A DNA stretch of 64,000 bases from an uncultured delta proteobacterium (GCA_963810935.1 CAWEPK010000010.1:96001-160000), one strand, 5' to 3'; numbered from the stretch's first letter, positions 39,947 to 49,756 are shown. Notes: a model not told the origin generated them from the letters alone. Made by a program: numbers and translations.

Positions 39947-41245
39947 TCATTTGAACATTGACGGCAGCCAGAGCGCTATCTGCGGGAAGAGTACCAGAAG
40001 TATGCCGGCAAACACCATAGCACCAAGAAACGGATATACCCCTTTGTATATGGTTGCCAGAGGCACCTTCGTAATATTCTTCACTACAAAAACCACAATT
40101 GCCATAGGAGGAAGCACGACACCGATCATGACCGTGAGGCCAATCATTATGCCGAGCCACAAGGGATCGAACCCCAGCTTCATCAGCGTTGGGTAGAAGA
40201 TAGGCGTGGCCAGGATCATGAAGGCAAGGTCCTCGATAAAGGAGCCTCCGATCTGATAAATAATGAAGATCAGGAAGAACACCAGGTAACGGTTCATATT
40301 CAAAGTGGAGACCCATTCCGCGGTAATTTGCGGGATGTTCGTTATGGCGATAAAATGGCCGAGAATAAACGAGCCTGCGAGGAGCATAAAGATCATGCAT
40401 GCAGTTTGAAGGGATTCATATAGGGACTTTACATAGGTCTTAAAGTTCATGCCCTTTCTCATGATGGCCAGAAGAAGCACGAATAGCGTTCCTACGCTTC
40501 CCGCCTCGGTAGGAGTGAAAAAGCCTTTCATTATGCCGCCCACAACAAGCAGGAAGATCGCGACGACCCAAAGGGTCTCCGGCAGGGTGGACAGGCGCGC
40601 GCGCCAGGCAGATCTTTCCGCTCGTGCGGCAATTGAAGGATTGATCCTGGCCCAAATGAAAATGATCGCTATGTAAAGAGCAGCCAGCATAAGACCGGGG
40701 AGCAGACCGGCGAGGAAGAGTTTGCCTATCGGCTGTTCCGTGATCACCCCATACAGGATCAGGGTCACACTCGGGGGCATTATGACGCCAAGCGTCCCGA
40801 CCGTCGCCACGACACCCGTCGATAACCGCTTGTCGTACCCGTATTTATCCATCTCGGGAATCGCGACGCTTGAAAATGTCGCCGCCGTAGCCGTGGATGA
40901 GCCGCAGATAGCCTTGAAGCCGGTCGCAGCCGCCACAGTGGCCATGGCGAGGCCTCCCGGGATATGTCCGACAAAGCTGTGCGCCGACTTATACAGCCTG
41001 GCGGCAATGCCTGAATTGAAGGCCACCTGTCCCATCAGTATGAATAGAGGGAATACCGTATACCCGTAAGACGACACTACGTCGTAGAAATCGCGACCGA
41101 TAAGAATCAAGGCAGATTTGAAAGATACGAGATAAGCGAAGCCGGCGAAGCCTACTATAGCCATGGCGAAGCCTATTTCTATGCCGGTCACGAACAGCAG
41201 CAGCACAGCTGCGATTCCCATGAGCCCTACTGTTACCTCACTCAT
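39947..41245 (-). CDS. dctM: TRAP transporter large permease
   Basis: PLFILMG, GGLAMAT, GSSTATAA, GTLGVIMPPS, FTPTEAG; TAATG coupling to dctQ. Confidence 0.93.
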   Translation of the reverse strand: MSEVTVGLMGIAAVLLLFVTGIEIGFAMAIVGFAGFAYLVSFKSALILIGRDFYDVVSSYGYTVFPLFILMGQVAFNSGIAARLYKSAHSFVGHIPGGLAMATVAAATGFKAICGSSTATAATFSSVAIPEMDKYGYDKRLSTGVVATVGTLGVIMPPSVTLILYGVITEQPIGKLFLAGLLPGLMLAALYIAIIFIWARINPSIAARAERSAWRARLSTLPETLWVVAIFLLVVGGIMKGFFTPTEAGSVGTLFVLLLAIMRKGMNFKTYVKSLYESLQTACMIFMLLAGSFILGHFIAITNIPQITAEWVSTLNMNRYLVFFLIFIIYQIGGSFIEDLAFMILATPIFYPTLMKLGFDPLWLGIMIGLTVMIGVVLPPMAIVVFVVKNITKVPLATIYKGVYPFLGAMVFAGILLVLFPQIALWLPSMFK

Positions 41246-41709
41246 TATCTGCCTCCGATTCTCCTCAGAATATCGAAAAAGACCACGACGGCCTGCAGGA
41301 AGCATGTGGCTCCGATTGCATAAGTGATAGGGTACACCGGCCATTTGAGGGTCAGGAATAGCTCGCCCGATGTCCGGAATTCATCGGCCAGCACGAAAAG
41401 GGCCACCCCGAGGATGATAAAAAAGACGATTACCATGATCCTTGTAATGATCGCCAATACGCGCTGCGCTCGCTCTCGTAGACGATCAACGACGAAATCC
41501 ATGTAGACGTGTGCGCTATCCAACATCGAGAGAGGAAGAGCAAAGACGATAACGATTGCGCCGGACATGCTCACAAGCTCGTAAACCCCCGTAAGAGGTT
41601 TCCAAAAAATCCTCATAATTACATCGAGAACAGTCACACAGAACAGGAAGGTGAGCACCGCGGCCGAAACGGCTCTCAGCCAACGGCTCACAGCTACAAT
41701 TATCCTCAT
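41245..41709 (-). CDS. dctQ: TRAP transporter small permease
   Basis: DVIMRIFWKPLTGVYEL, HVYMD, four TM segments; GGAGG RBS before ATG 41709. Confidence 0.9.
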   Translation of the reverse strand: MRIIVAVSRWLRAVSAAVLTFLFCVTVLDVIMRIFWKPLTGVYELVSMSGAIVIVFALPLSMLDSAHVYMDFVVDRLRERAQRVLAIITRIMVIVFFIILGVALFVLADEFRTSGELFLTLKWPVYPITYAIGATCFLQAVVVFFDILRRIGGR

Positions 41710-41721
41710 GGCGCCTCCTGT

Positions 41722-41777
41722 TATCACATTATAAAATTGTGATATCATTATACGACATTATATTGCGAACATGTCAA
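41722..41777 (-). promoter_or_regulatory. Promoter/operator region of the TRAP operon
   Basis: TATCACA-N9-TGTGATA inverted repeat (41722-41744); TTGACA at 41777-41772 and TATAAT boxes. Confidence 0.5.
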
Positions 41778-42090
41778 GGGAAATTATTGCACGAAAATGG
41801 AGCGAGGAAATCAACAATCCTTTTGCCGGCAATATAGATTCCTTTATATACGTTTGGAGAAGTTCGACAGAATTTTCTCTGCCGGGCAGCATTATGCATC
41901 AGAACATGCCGGGAGAAAGGCGGTCAAGATTTTTATGCCATGGGCATGTCCGCCCGACTCAAGGTCCCATTCTGCTACTTTCACCTCCACCCATGACTCT
42001 TTCATAGCGGTCTTCTCGAACAAGCGGATTGCCGGTCGAAGTTAGAGGAACTTATCTTTCCAGGATCTGCGTTTTTCCTGCAAGTTTGTC

Positions 42091-42128
42091 TTGACATGGT
42101 GTTAGATGTCGTATAACATACTCTAACA
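42091..42128 (+). promoter_or_regulatory. Sigma70-type promoter overlapped by an inverted repeat
   Basis: TTGACA-17 nt-TAACAT; TGTTAGA-N15-TCTAACA at 42100-42128. Confidence 0.6.
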
Positions 42129-42129
42129 C

Positions 42130-42222
42130 TCTATAAAGCCAAACCGCCGGTGACGGTGGGACGGAAAGCCAACGGGTCTCGGACATACACCTCGCAAATC
42201 ATTCAGACAGCCGGGCTGCCAT
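42130..42222 (+). ncRNA. Cyclic di-GMP-I (GEMM-I) riboswitch
   Basis: GCCAAACC-GCCG-GTGA-CGGT-GG-GACGGAAAGCC-AACGGGTCTC...AGACAGCCGGGCTGCC matches the GEMM-I core; lies in the 5' UTR of a surface protein gene. Confidence 0.88.
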
Positions 42223-42353
42223 GAGCGTCACTCTCAAAAACGAAAGAACGGGGTGAAAAGCATCACTGGCAAACAATGTCATGCAATAACGTGGTTCTTT
42301 ACGGGTTGGCAGGAACACAGCTCATGAACAAGAGATGCCAAGAATAACGAGGG

Positions 42354-43076
42354 GTGAAGAAAATGAGAAAAATACTATTTCTTGCGGTGTGCGTGTTATT
42401 GTTGATGTCCGGAGTGGCACAGGCGGACTATACAGCGACTTTGGCAGTTGGCGGCAACTACAACTCGGGCATTGCTTTGGATTTAAACGGGGTTCCATGG
42501 CCGGCAGAGTCGACCGGGGGTTCTATATCGCCTTCATATTTGAATGGGACCTTGCTCTCCTATACTTACTGCGTAGGTCTCACAACAAACATTAATGTCC
42601 CTGGCACTTATACCACGAATGTAAATACAACAGGGCAGGTTTACGGTAACGGCCTTGGCGCAGCGACGACCCTGAACGCAGTCCCCAATGCCGGGCAGAT
42701 AGCATGGTTGCTGAGCCAATATGGCGCCGGAGCCACCACATGGAATCAACAGGTAGCCCTCCAGGTGGCCATATGGAACGTAATAACAGGCGGTCCAAGT
42801 GGTACGCCCACGGGTGCGTACGGCCTCTCTGGAATCATCAGTCTTGACCCTAGTTCCAGTGCATATACTACCTATACCGGTTATCTCAGTGCCCTGGGCA
42901 GCAACACCGGGGACGTCTCCAGCTTCTACTGGCTGAGCCCGGGGGACGGTACCGGCGCCAATTGGTCTCAGGGGCTGGTTGCTCAGGCCGCTCCTGTCCC
43001 CGTCCCTCCGTCTGTGTTTCTTCTGGCCCCCGGTCTCCTGGGTCTTGTCGGCATGAGGAGACGCTTCAAGCTGTAG
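42354..43076 (+). CDS. PEP-CTERM/VPLPA-CTERM sorted surface protein with thioester-domain-like motifs
   Basis: Signal peptide ...GVAQA; YTYCV, QVALQVAIW, SQGLV; C-terminal VPVPPSVFLLAPGLLGLVGMRRR. Confidence 0.88.
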   Translation: MKKMRKILFLAVCVLLLMSGVAQADYTATLAVGGNYNSGIALDLNGVPWPAESTGGSISPSYLNGTLLSYTYCVGLTTNINVPGTYTTNVNTTGQVYGNGLGAATTLNAVPNAGQIAWLLSQYGAGATTWNQQVALQVAIWNVITGGPSGTPTGAYGLSGIISLDPSSSAYTTYTGYLSALGSNTGDVSSFYWLSPGDGTGANWSQGLVAQAAPVPVPPSVFLLAPGLLGLVGMRRRFKL

Positions 43077-43087
43077 GCTGAAATAGC

Positions 43088-43117
43088 GGCAGGGTCAGCA
43101 AACGACCCTGCCTTTTT
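43088..43117 (+). terminator. Intrinsic terminator
   Basis: GGCAGGGTC-loop-GACCCTGCC-TTTTT. Confidence 0.85.
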
Positions 43118-43365
43118 CGTCTCTCCTGCCTTCAGCATTATCATTTCAACTATGGCATTAAAAAGTGAAAACTGGAAACGACGATTCCGGAAAGGACTTG
43201 CGGTGGAGGATGCTGTAGCCTCGTAATATCTTCGCCCGTAGCAGCGTCCTCCATAATAATCCCAGGGGACATATGTCCGAAGGTGGTTCCTGTCATAGCC
43301 GTGGTTTTCTTGCTCCACGATCTTTTTTGATTGACAATCAGGCCGCCCGGTAGATATACAATTGC

Positions 43366-43743
43366 GTGAAAGAATTGCCTGCGGGCACGATTTGGAGCGG
43401 TTTTCGACGGGCGTCGGCAGGGACAGTTGTATTCGCCGCCGTCCTCATCGGCGCGCACCTTGCGCCGGCAGGGCCGCCGGCCGGAAAATCCGCATGGTTG
43501 GCGGACAAACACATAGCCCATGGCGTCAGTTGCGCGGGCTGTCACGGAACAGCCGAACCCGGTGATGTGGCCCTCGAGACCTGCCTGTCGTGCCACGGCT
43601 CGTACCGTGAGCTGGCGCGGAAGACGGCAGGCCGACCGCTGAACCCGCACGACTCCCATTATACCGACCTGGAATGCACCACCTGCCACCACGGCCACAG
43701 GAAGGTGGACGATCTCTGCGCCGGTTGTCACGGTGGGCATTAA
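43366..43743 (+). CDS. Small tetraheme cytochrome c (flavocytochrome c heme subunit)
   Basis: Four CxxCH motifs (CAGCH, CLSCH, CTTCH, CAGCH), NPHDSH, hydrophobic leader. Confidence 0.9.
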   Translation: MKELPAGTIWSGFRRASAGTVVFAAVLIGAHLAPAGPPAGKSAWLADKHIAHGVSCAGCHGTAEPGDVALETCLSCHGSYRELARKTAGRPLNPHDSHYTDLECTTCHHGHRKVDDLCAGCHGGH

Positions 43744-43791
43744 CCCTATGGCCCGGATGTTCCATTTTCGTTACGGAAAGGAGATAGACCG

Positions 43792-45267
43792 ATGGCAAAG
43801 AAGATAAGCCGCAGGGGTTTCATTAAGTACGGCGTTGCGCTGGGAGCGGCGTTCGGCGTCCCGCGCCTCCCTATCGCAAGCGCGGCCGAATTTATCGGAG
43901 GCCCGCCGCCCGCACGGATCTTCGACGTAGTTATCGCGGGGACGGGCGTGGCGGGCATGTCGGCAGCCGTCTCAGCAGCACAGGACGGCATGAAGGTCGC
44001 TTTGCTGGACAAGCAGCAGCGGGGGCTTGCCGGCGGCAGCTCCGCCGTGGCCCTGGGCGGGTTCTCCTTGCCGGAAGCCGATACGGAGGAGGCCAGGCAG
44101 CTTTTCATCAACGACTATGTCAAAAAGAGCGGAGGGCGGGCCGACCGGGCTCTGACTCAGCTCCTCGCAGAGAACATAATGCGCGACATCGACTGGCTCA
44201 CCGGCATGGGAGTCAACTTGATGGCGCCCGAACCCTTCCCTCCCTACCGGGCAGCCGTGCGGATGGCGGCCCCTGGAAGCTTCCGAGGCATGCCCAACCT
44301 GCTTGCCGCTATGCACGCAGCGGCCGGGAAAGCCGGGGTAACTGAAGCCTATCGGGCTAAGGCAAGGACGCTCCTTGTCGATTCCGGGACGGGCAAGGTG
44401 GTCGGCTTGCGCGTTTCCACGCCTTCGGGCCTGGTGGATTACCGGGCCAAAGCGGTTGTATTGGCGACAGGGGGCTATTGCGGCAATTCGAAGATGCTCG
44501 AACAATGGGTCGGCCCCAACGCCGACGAGAGTGTCGTCCGGGGGGCAAAGTGGAATACCGGCGACGGCATCGTTATGGCCGGAGAAGTCGGTGCGGGCCT
44601 CGTCCAGATGGGCGGGCTCGACTCCATCCACGTGGCCGGCGTCTCGCCGAAGAACCCCGCATCCGGCCAGCCGAGCGCGGTCCTGTCTCACGCAATCGGC
44701 ATCAATAAGCTGGGCCGGCGGTTTATCGACGAATCACTCGGTTACGTAGCATTCGGCAAGGCGATCATCGATCAGCCCGGCGGTGAGGCAGCGCTCGTCT
44801 TCGACCAGGCTATGGCGGAGGCGCCTCCGGGCAAATCCGTGATTGACCAGTACACGCATTTCAAACTCGACATTATCAAGACAAATACCCTGGAGGAACT
44901 GGCAGGCCGCATCGGCTGTCCACCGCGCGCCCTTGTCGAGACCGTCTCGAAATTTAACGCTGCGGTCCAGGGGAATAAGGCGCCCACGGCTGCCCCGCCC
45001 AAGAACGCGTTGGCCTTCAAGGTCGAGCGGCCGCCGTTCTACGCTCTTTACCCGCTCAAACCGGGTCTCACTCAGACTTTCGGCGGCCTGCGGATCAACA
45101 CGCGCTGTCAGGTGCTGGAGACGGACGGCACGCCTATCCGGGGGCTGTATGCGGCCGGAGAAGTGGCGGGCGGCTTTTTCTCGATCGACTATATCGGCGG
45201 CGGCTCCCTGTGCCGCTGCCTGGTTACCGGGCGGGCCGCAGGCAGGAACGCAGCGAAGGAGTCCTGA
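43792..45267 (+). CDS. TAT-exported FAD oxidoreductase (flavocytochrome c flavin subunit / TcuA-like)
   Basis: SRRGFIK twin-arginine signal, GTGVAG, VVLATGG, NTGDG, GRRFIDE, TFGGL, GLYAAGE. Confidence 0.88.
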   Translation: MAKKISRRGFIKYGVALGAAFGVPRLPIASAAEFIGGPPPARIFDVVIAGTGVAGMSAAVSAAQDGMKVALLDKQQRGLAGGSSAVALGGFSLPEADTEEARQLFINDYVKKSGGRADRALTQLLAENIMRDIDWLTGMGVNLMAPEPFPPYRAAVRMAAPGSFRGMPNLLAAMHAAAGKAGVTEAYRAKARTLLVDSGTGKVVGLRVSTPSGLVDYRAKAVVLATGGYCGNSKMLEQWVGPNADESVVRGAKWNTGDGIVMAGEVGAGLVQMGGLDSIHVAGVSPKNPASGQPSAVLSHAIGINKLGRRFIDESLGYVAFGKAIIDQPGGEAALVFDQAMAEAPPGKSVIDQYTHFKLDIIKTNTLEELAGRIGCPPRALVETVSKFNAAVQGNKAPTAAPPKNALAFKVERPPFYALYPLKPGLTQTFGGLRINTRCQVLETDGTPIRGLYAAGEVAGGFFSIDYIGGGSLCRCLVTGRAAGRNAAKES

Positions 45268-45295
45268 GAAATAAAGGCGGCGGACGGCTTGCTCG

Positions 45296-46249
45296 ATGCC
45301 GGGGCTTAAAGGGGAGCCAAGGGTGGAAACGCAAAGCAGCCGGAGACGTATCGGGAATTGGTATGCCGTTGGCGCCTACACCATATGGGGCCTGTTTCCC
45401 ATTTATTGGAAACTGCTTCGCCACGTGCCCACACAGCAGCTCCTCTGCCATCGCATCCTCTGGTCCTGCACCCTGCTTGTCGCCGTAGTCCTGGCGTCAA
45501 ACCAGTGGACCGCTTTCCGCAAAACAGCCTTCACTCGGAAAGCTCTCATCGCTTACACCGCCGCAGCCGCGACGATAACCGTCAACTGGTTCACTTACGT
45601 CTGGGCGGTAAACTCGGGCTTCATAGTCGAGGCAAGCCTGGGGTATTTCATTAACCCTCTTTTCAGCGTTTTCATAGGTGTCGTTTTCCTGCGCGAGCGC
45701 CTGCGCAGGTGGCAATGGATCGCCGTCGGGCTTGCGGGGATAGGCATCCTTTGCCTTACTTACATGCATGGGACACCCCCCTGGGTAGCCCTTATCCTCG
45801 CCTTGACCTGGGCCGTTTACGGCCTCATTAAGAAGATCGCCCCCTTGGGCTCGCTCCACGGGCTTACCCTGGAGACGGGCCTGTTGGTGCCTGTCATGCT
45901 CGGATACCTGATTTACGTGGAGACGGCCGGAACCGGCGCGTTCTTCCGGGGAGGTACGGCCACCGAGGTCCTTCTCATGTGCGCGGGGGTAGTCACGGTT
46001 GTCCCGCTCTTTCTTTTCGCGCTTGCCATGCGGCGCATACCGCTTGTCGTGGCCGGTTTCCTGCAATATTTATCGCCGACCCTCCAGCTTTTCTGCGGGG
46101 TGGTGCTTTTCGGGGAGACCTTCACCCGCGCCCGGCTCGTGGGGTTCAGCATGGTCTGGATCGCCCTGATAATCTTCGTGACCGATAGTTTCCTCGCGTA
46201 CCGGCGCGCCCAGGCCGCCTCACCGCAAGTGCGGGTCAGCCCGACATAG
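45296..46249 (+). CDS. rarD: EamA-family transporter RarD
   Basis: AYTIWGLFPIYWK, HRILWS, NWFTYVWAVN, EASLGYFINPL, QYLSPTLQ. Confidence 0.93.
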   Translation: MPGLKGEPRVETQSSRRRIGNWYAVGAYTIWGLFPIYWKLLRHVPTQQLLCHRILWSCTLLVAVVLASNQWTAFRKTAFTRKALIAYTAAAATITVNWFTYVWAVNSGFIVEASLGYFINPLFSVFIGVVFLRERLRRWQWIAVGLAGIGILCLTYMHGTPPWVALILALTWAVYGLIKKIAPLGSLHGLTLETGLLVPVMLGYLIYVETAGTGAFFRGGTATEVLLMCAGVVTVVPLFLFALAMRRIPLVVAGFLQYLSPTLQLFCGVVLFGETFTRARLVGFSMVWIALIIFVTDSFLAYRRAQAASPQVRVSPT

Positions 46250-46381
46250 GCGGGCCGGCCGGTGTTGGACTAGGGGCGGCGCCTTTCGCGCGGCTTCTCC
46301 TTGCGCTTTTCGCTTCACCTTCGTCCCGTTCCGTGCGATAGTTAAGGAAAGAGTATGGCGAAATTCAATCAAGGAGGTCCC

Positions 46382-47329
46382 ATGACAAGGAATGGGCTTA
46401 GCTGCTTCTTCGCCGTGTGCCTTATCCTGGGCATCGCGGGCATTGCAGCCTCGCAGACCGTTAATGGAGTCGATCACTGGGTAAACAACGGCAAGATCAC
46501 CCTGTACGTCTGGGAAAAGTACGTGGGCAGCCCGGCGGGCAAGCCGGTGATGGTCCTGGCCCACGGCTCGGCAACCGCCGGGAGGGAGAGCTTCGACCTC
46601 CAGGTGCCGGGGAAACCGACGTACAGCCTTATGGACGTGCTAGCCCGGAACGGTTTCGACGTCTTTTGCCTCGACGTCAGGGGGTTCGGCGCCTCAACGC
46701 GGCCTGAAGGCCACATGACGACAATGGAGGCTAGCCAGGACCTGAGCGCAGTCATCGATTATATCCTCAAGGCACGCGACGTCAAAAAGGTGAACCTCCT
46801 TGCATGGTCATGGGGGACGCAATACGGCGGTATGTATGTCATGGCCCAGCCGGCCAAGGTGGCCCGGTACGTCTCATACGCGCAGATGCACCTCGACAGC
46901 CCCGATATCTCCAAAAGGCGGCCGCGCATCGACGTCTTCCGGAAGAACGCGTACATATCGATCCCGGAAGAGGGGTGGAAGACGCGCTTCTACTCCATGA
47001 CTCCGGCCGAAGTCAACGATACCGCTGTAATCGACGAATACGCGAGAAACGCCGTGCGGGTCGAGCCGAAATCTCCCACGGGACCGCAGCTCGATATGGT
47101 GACGATCATGCCGATGATCAACCCCAGGCTCATGCCCGTACCCGTGATGATCATCCACGGCCAGTATGACGACGTCGCGGACCTGCCGGGCTTACTGCCT
47201 TTCTTCGCCGGGCTTCCGAACCCGGACAAGGAATACGTAGTGGTGCCGGATGCAGGCCACATGATGCACCTCCAGAAAGGTCATCGCGTTTTTCAGCACC
47301 ACGTGATCGCCTTTTTTTCTGCGCCGTGA
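46382..47329 (+). CDS. Secreted alpha/beta-fold hydrolase
   Basis: Signal peptide; LAHG, DVRGFG.S, AWSWG nucleophile elbow, HGQYD, AGH. Confidence 0.88.
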   Translation: MTRNGLSCFFAVCLILGIAGIAASQTVNGVDHWVNNGKITLYVWEKYVGSPAGKPVMVLAHGSATAGRESFDLQVPGKPTYSLMDVLARNGFDVFCLDVRGFGASTRPEGHMTTMEASQDLSAVIDYILKARDVKKVNLLAWSWGTQYGGMYVMAQPAKVARYVSYAQMHLDSPDISKRRPRIDVFRKNAYISIPEEGWKTRFYSMTPAEVNDTAVIDEYARNAVRVEPKSPTGPQLDMVTIMPMINPRLMPVPVMIIHGQYDDVADLPGLLPFFAGLPNPDKEYVVVPDAGHMMHLQKGHRVFQHHVIAFFSAP

Positions 47330-47370
47330 CGGAGAATAGCTGAAAGGCCCGGGTATCCGGCTACCTGCCG

Positions 47371-48177
47371 TTACGGGTAGGGTTGGCCCGTAGGGCGGAC
47401 CACGATCTCGCCGACATTGACGTGGGCAGGCAGCGTGAGGAGCCAATGGATCGAGTCGGCAATATCCTGCGGTGTTAGCAGCTTGCCGAACTGCGTGACC
47501 GATTTATAGAAGTTCTCCTCGTCATAGCCGGCCACCTCCTGAAACCCGGTGACGACAATGCCCGGCATAATCAGGGAAACACGCACCCCATGGGCGCAGA
47601 CTTCGCGGCGCAGCCCTTCGGCCAGGGCGCCGACGGCGAACTTGCTTGCCCCGTAGACTGCGGCAAAGGGCGAAATGTTCTTTCCTGCCACCGAGCCGAT
47701 GACAACGATGTCGCCCTTTTTATGCTCGACCATTTGCTTCGCGGCGCGCCGCATCAGGCGGGCGGCCCCGAGCACGTTGGTCTTGTAAAGGCCCTCCCAC
47801 GCGGACTCGTCGCTGCCCGTTATACCGCCTGCCAGCCCCCGGCCCGCATTGACTATGACGATATCGTAGGCGCGGCCGCCTTCCTCCCAGGCCAGGGTCC
47901 GCTCCAACAGGAGATCGGTATCCTTCTCTATGCCTGCGTCTCCGGCGACGGCGAGCACTTTGCCTCCCTCGGCGGCAATTTCCACTGCTACCATATCGAG
48001 ACGCTCTTTGTTTCGCGCCTGGATGACCACAGCAGCGCCCGCCCTTGCCAGCGTTATCGCCGCAGCACGTCCTATCCCGGAGCTTGCGCCGGTTACGATT
48101 GCCGTCCTGCTTGTCAGAAGTTCTCTCTTTTCCACCGAACCCTCCACGGTTTTTGAGCATCCATCCGGGCGAGCCAT
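47371..48177 (-). CDS. SDR-family oxidoreductase
   Basis: TGASSGIG, VNAG, GSVAG, YGASK. Confidence 0.92.
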   Translation of the reverse strand: MARPDGCSKTVEGSVEKRELLTSRTAIVTGASSGIGRAAAITLARAGAAVVIQARNKERLDMVAVEIAAEGGKVLAVAGDAGIEKDTDLLLERTLAWEEGGRAYDIVIVNAGRGLAGGITGSDESAWEGLYKTNVLGAARLMRRAAKQMVEHKKGDIVVIGSVAGKNISPFAAVYGASKFAVGALAEGLRREVCAHGVRVSLIMPGIVVTGFQEVAGYDEENFYKSVTQFGKLLTPQDIADSIHWLLTLPAHVNVGEIVVRPTGQPYP

Positions 48178-48257
48178 GCCGCGCGTCTGTATGTGCCCGC
48201 CATTGATTAATTAACATCGCCCGAGGTTTATGGCAAGAGATAGCCGCGTTCTTTTGG

Positions 48258-49694
48258 CTACCGAGCGGTAGAGAGCGGCTCGGCTACGTGTTCGAGGGGG
48301 GCGCGCTCCGCCGCCACCCCGTACACGGCCTCTATGACAGCAGCGGCGATCATCAGGACCGACGCCGCGATATACCCGTAGGTGACGTTGAGGCGCGACC
48401 CGGTTTCTATCAGATGGCCGAATAAGGCCGGGGCCGCCACCCCGCCTGCCGCCGTGCCGACCGAATAAAAAAGGGCGATCGCGAGCGCCCTGATCTCCAG
48501 GGGGAAGATCTCACTCACCGTCAGGTAGGCTGAGCTGGCCGCACAGGAAGCGAAGAAGAAAATAAGCGTCCAGAGAACGGTCTGGCCGACAGCGGAAACC
48601 ATCTCGTTCAGGAAAAGCCGACTCGCGATTAACAGCAGGACTGCTGAAAGGCCGTAGGTGGCCGAAATTAGCTGCCGCCTGCCTATTGTATCGAAAAGGT
48701 GACCCAGCAGAAGGGGCCCCAGGAAATTGCTGATCGCGAAAGGCAGAAGGTAAAGGCCCGTGTGCGATTCGGGCGCGTGGTAAAACGTGATGAGGACGAG
48801 CGGGTAGGTATAAAAGATGGCGTTGTACAGGAAGGCTTGCGAAACCATCAGGGCAAAACCGAGGACCGAGCGCCGCCGGTACTGCACGAACATGGCCTTT
48901 GCAACGGTCTTCAGGTCCACTTTCCTGCCTCGATGGATCATGATCTCCGGTCCCGGCGGATCGAGCGGCTTGCCCGTCTCCCTCTCGATCTCCTTCTCGA
49001 TGGACCCGACAACTCCTTCCGCTTCTTTCTCCCTGCCGTGCGTCATCAGCCAGCGCGGACTCTCCGGGATGCTCGTACGATAAAAGAGAATGATAAGCCC
49101 GAGGACAGCGCCGATCCCGAAGCCGAGCCGCCAGCCGATGTCGATAGGAAAAATGCGCGTATCGAGAAGCAGGAGGGACCCGGACGCACCCACGGCCGCC
49201 CCCAGCCAGAAGCTGCCATTGACGATCAGATCGACCCGCCCCCGCACCCTGGCCGGAATCAGCTCGTCAACGGCGGAGTTGACGGCCGAATATTCGCCCC
49301 CGATACCCGCTCCGGTGATGAAGCGGAAAATGATGAAGCTCCACAAGTCCCAGGAGAAGGCGGTCAGGAGCGTACCACTCAGATAGACCGCCAGAGTAAC
49401 GAAGAAGAGCTTTTTGCGGCCCATGAGGTCCGTCATATGCCCGAAAAAAAGCGCCCCTGCAACTGCGCCGATCAGATAGAACGAGCCTATCCGGCCAAGC
49501 TCTCCGGCGGTGAAATTGAGAGTCGCCTTGTCGTGGAGCACTCCGCTTATTGAGCCTATAAGGGTAACTTCAAGTCCGTCGATAAGCCAGGTGATGCCGA
49601 GGGCGATTACGACCTTCCAGTGGAATGGACTCCAGGGCAGCCTGTCGAGCCGCGCGGGCACGCAGGTACGGAAGGGCACGGCCGGGGCAGGCAT
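48258..49694 (-). CDS. MFS transporter
   Basis: RLDRLPWS, DLMGRKK, GIGGEY, ELIPARVRG, PESPRWL, SEIFPLEIR. Confidence 0.93.
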   Translation of the reverse strand: MPAPAVPFRTCVPARLDRLPWSPFHWKVVIALGITWLIDGLEVTLIGSISGVLHDKATLNFTAGELGRIGSFYLIGAVAGALFFGHMTDLMGRKKLFFVTLAVYLSGTLLTAFSWDLWSFIIFRFITGAGIGGEYSAVNSAVDELIPARVRGRVDLIVNGSFWLGAAVGASGSLLLLDTRIFPIDIGWRLGFGIGAVLGLIILFYRTSIPESPRWLMTHGREKEAEGVVGSIEKEIERETGKPLDPPGPEIMIHRGRKVDLKTVAKAMFVQYRRRSVLGFALMVSQAFLYNAIFYTYPLVLITFYHAPESHTGLYLLPFAISNFLGPLLLGHLFDTIGRRQLISATYGLSAVLLLIASRLFLNEMVSAVGQTVLWTLIFFFASCAASSAYLTVSEIFPLEIRALAIALFYSVGTAAGGVAAPALFGHLIETGSRLNVTYGYIAASVLMIAAAVIEAVYGVAAERAPLEHVAEPLSTAR

Positions 49695-49726
49695 AAGAAC
49701 TTATAAGCACTCTACTGCCTGAAATG

Positions 49727-49756
49727 AATGACCCCGCTGCAAGCAGCGGGGTCATT
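49727..49756 (-). terminator. Perfect hairpin, probable terminator
   Basis: AATGACCCCGCTGC-AA-GCAGCGGGGTCATT just downstream of the lipoprotein stop. Confidence 0.65.

Noticed and set aside
39876..40400. N-terminal extension of the 530-aa ORF 38808..40400
   Set aside because: Overlaps dctM out of frame; the real DctP begins at the signal peptide at 39875
42130..42222. cGAMP-selective GEMM-Ib riboswitch
   Set aside because: The scaffold is Geobacter-like, but the discriminating position-20 equivalent is G rather than A
43792..45267. Fumarate reductase FccA
   Set aside because: The HHTMGG and NRLGG catalytic motifs are absent
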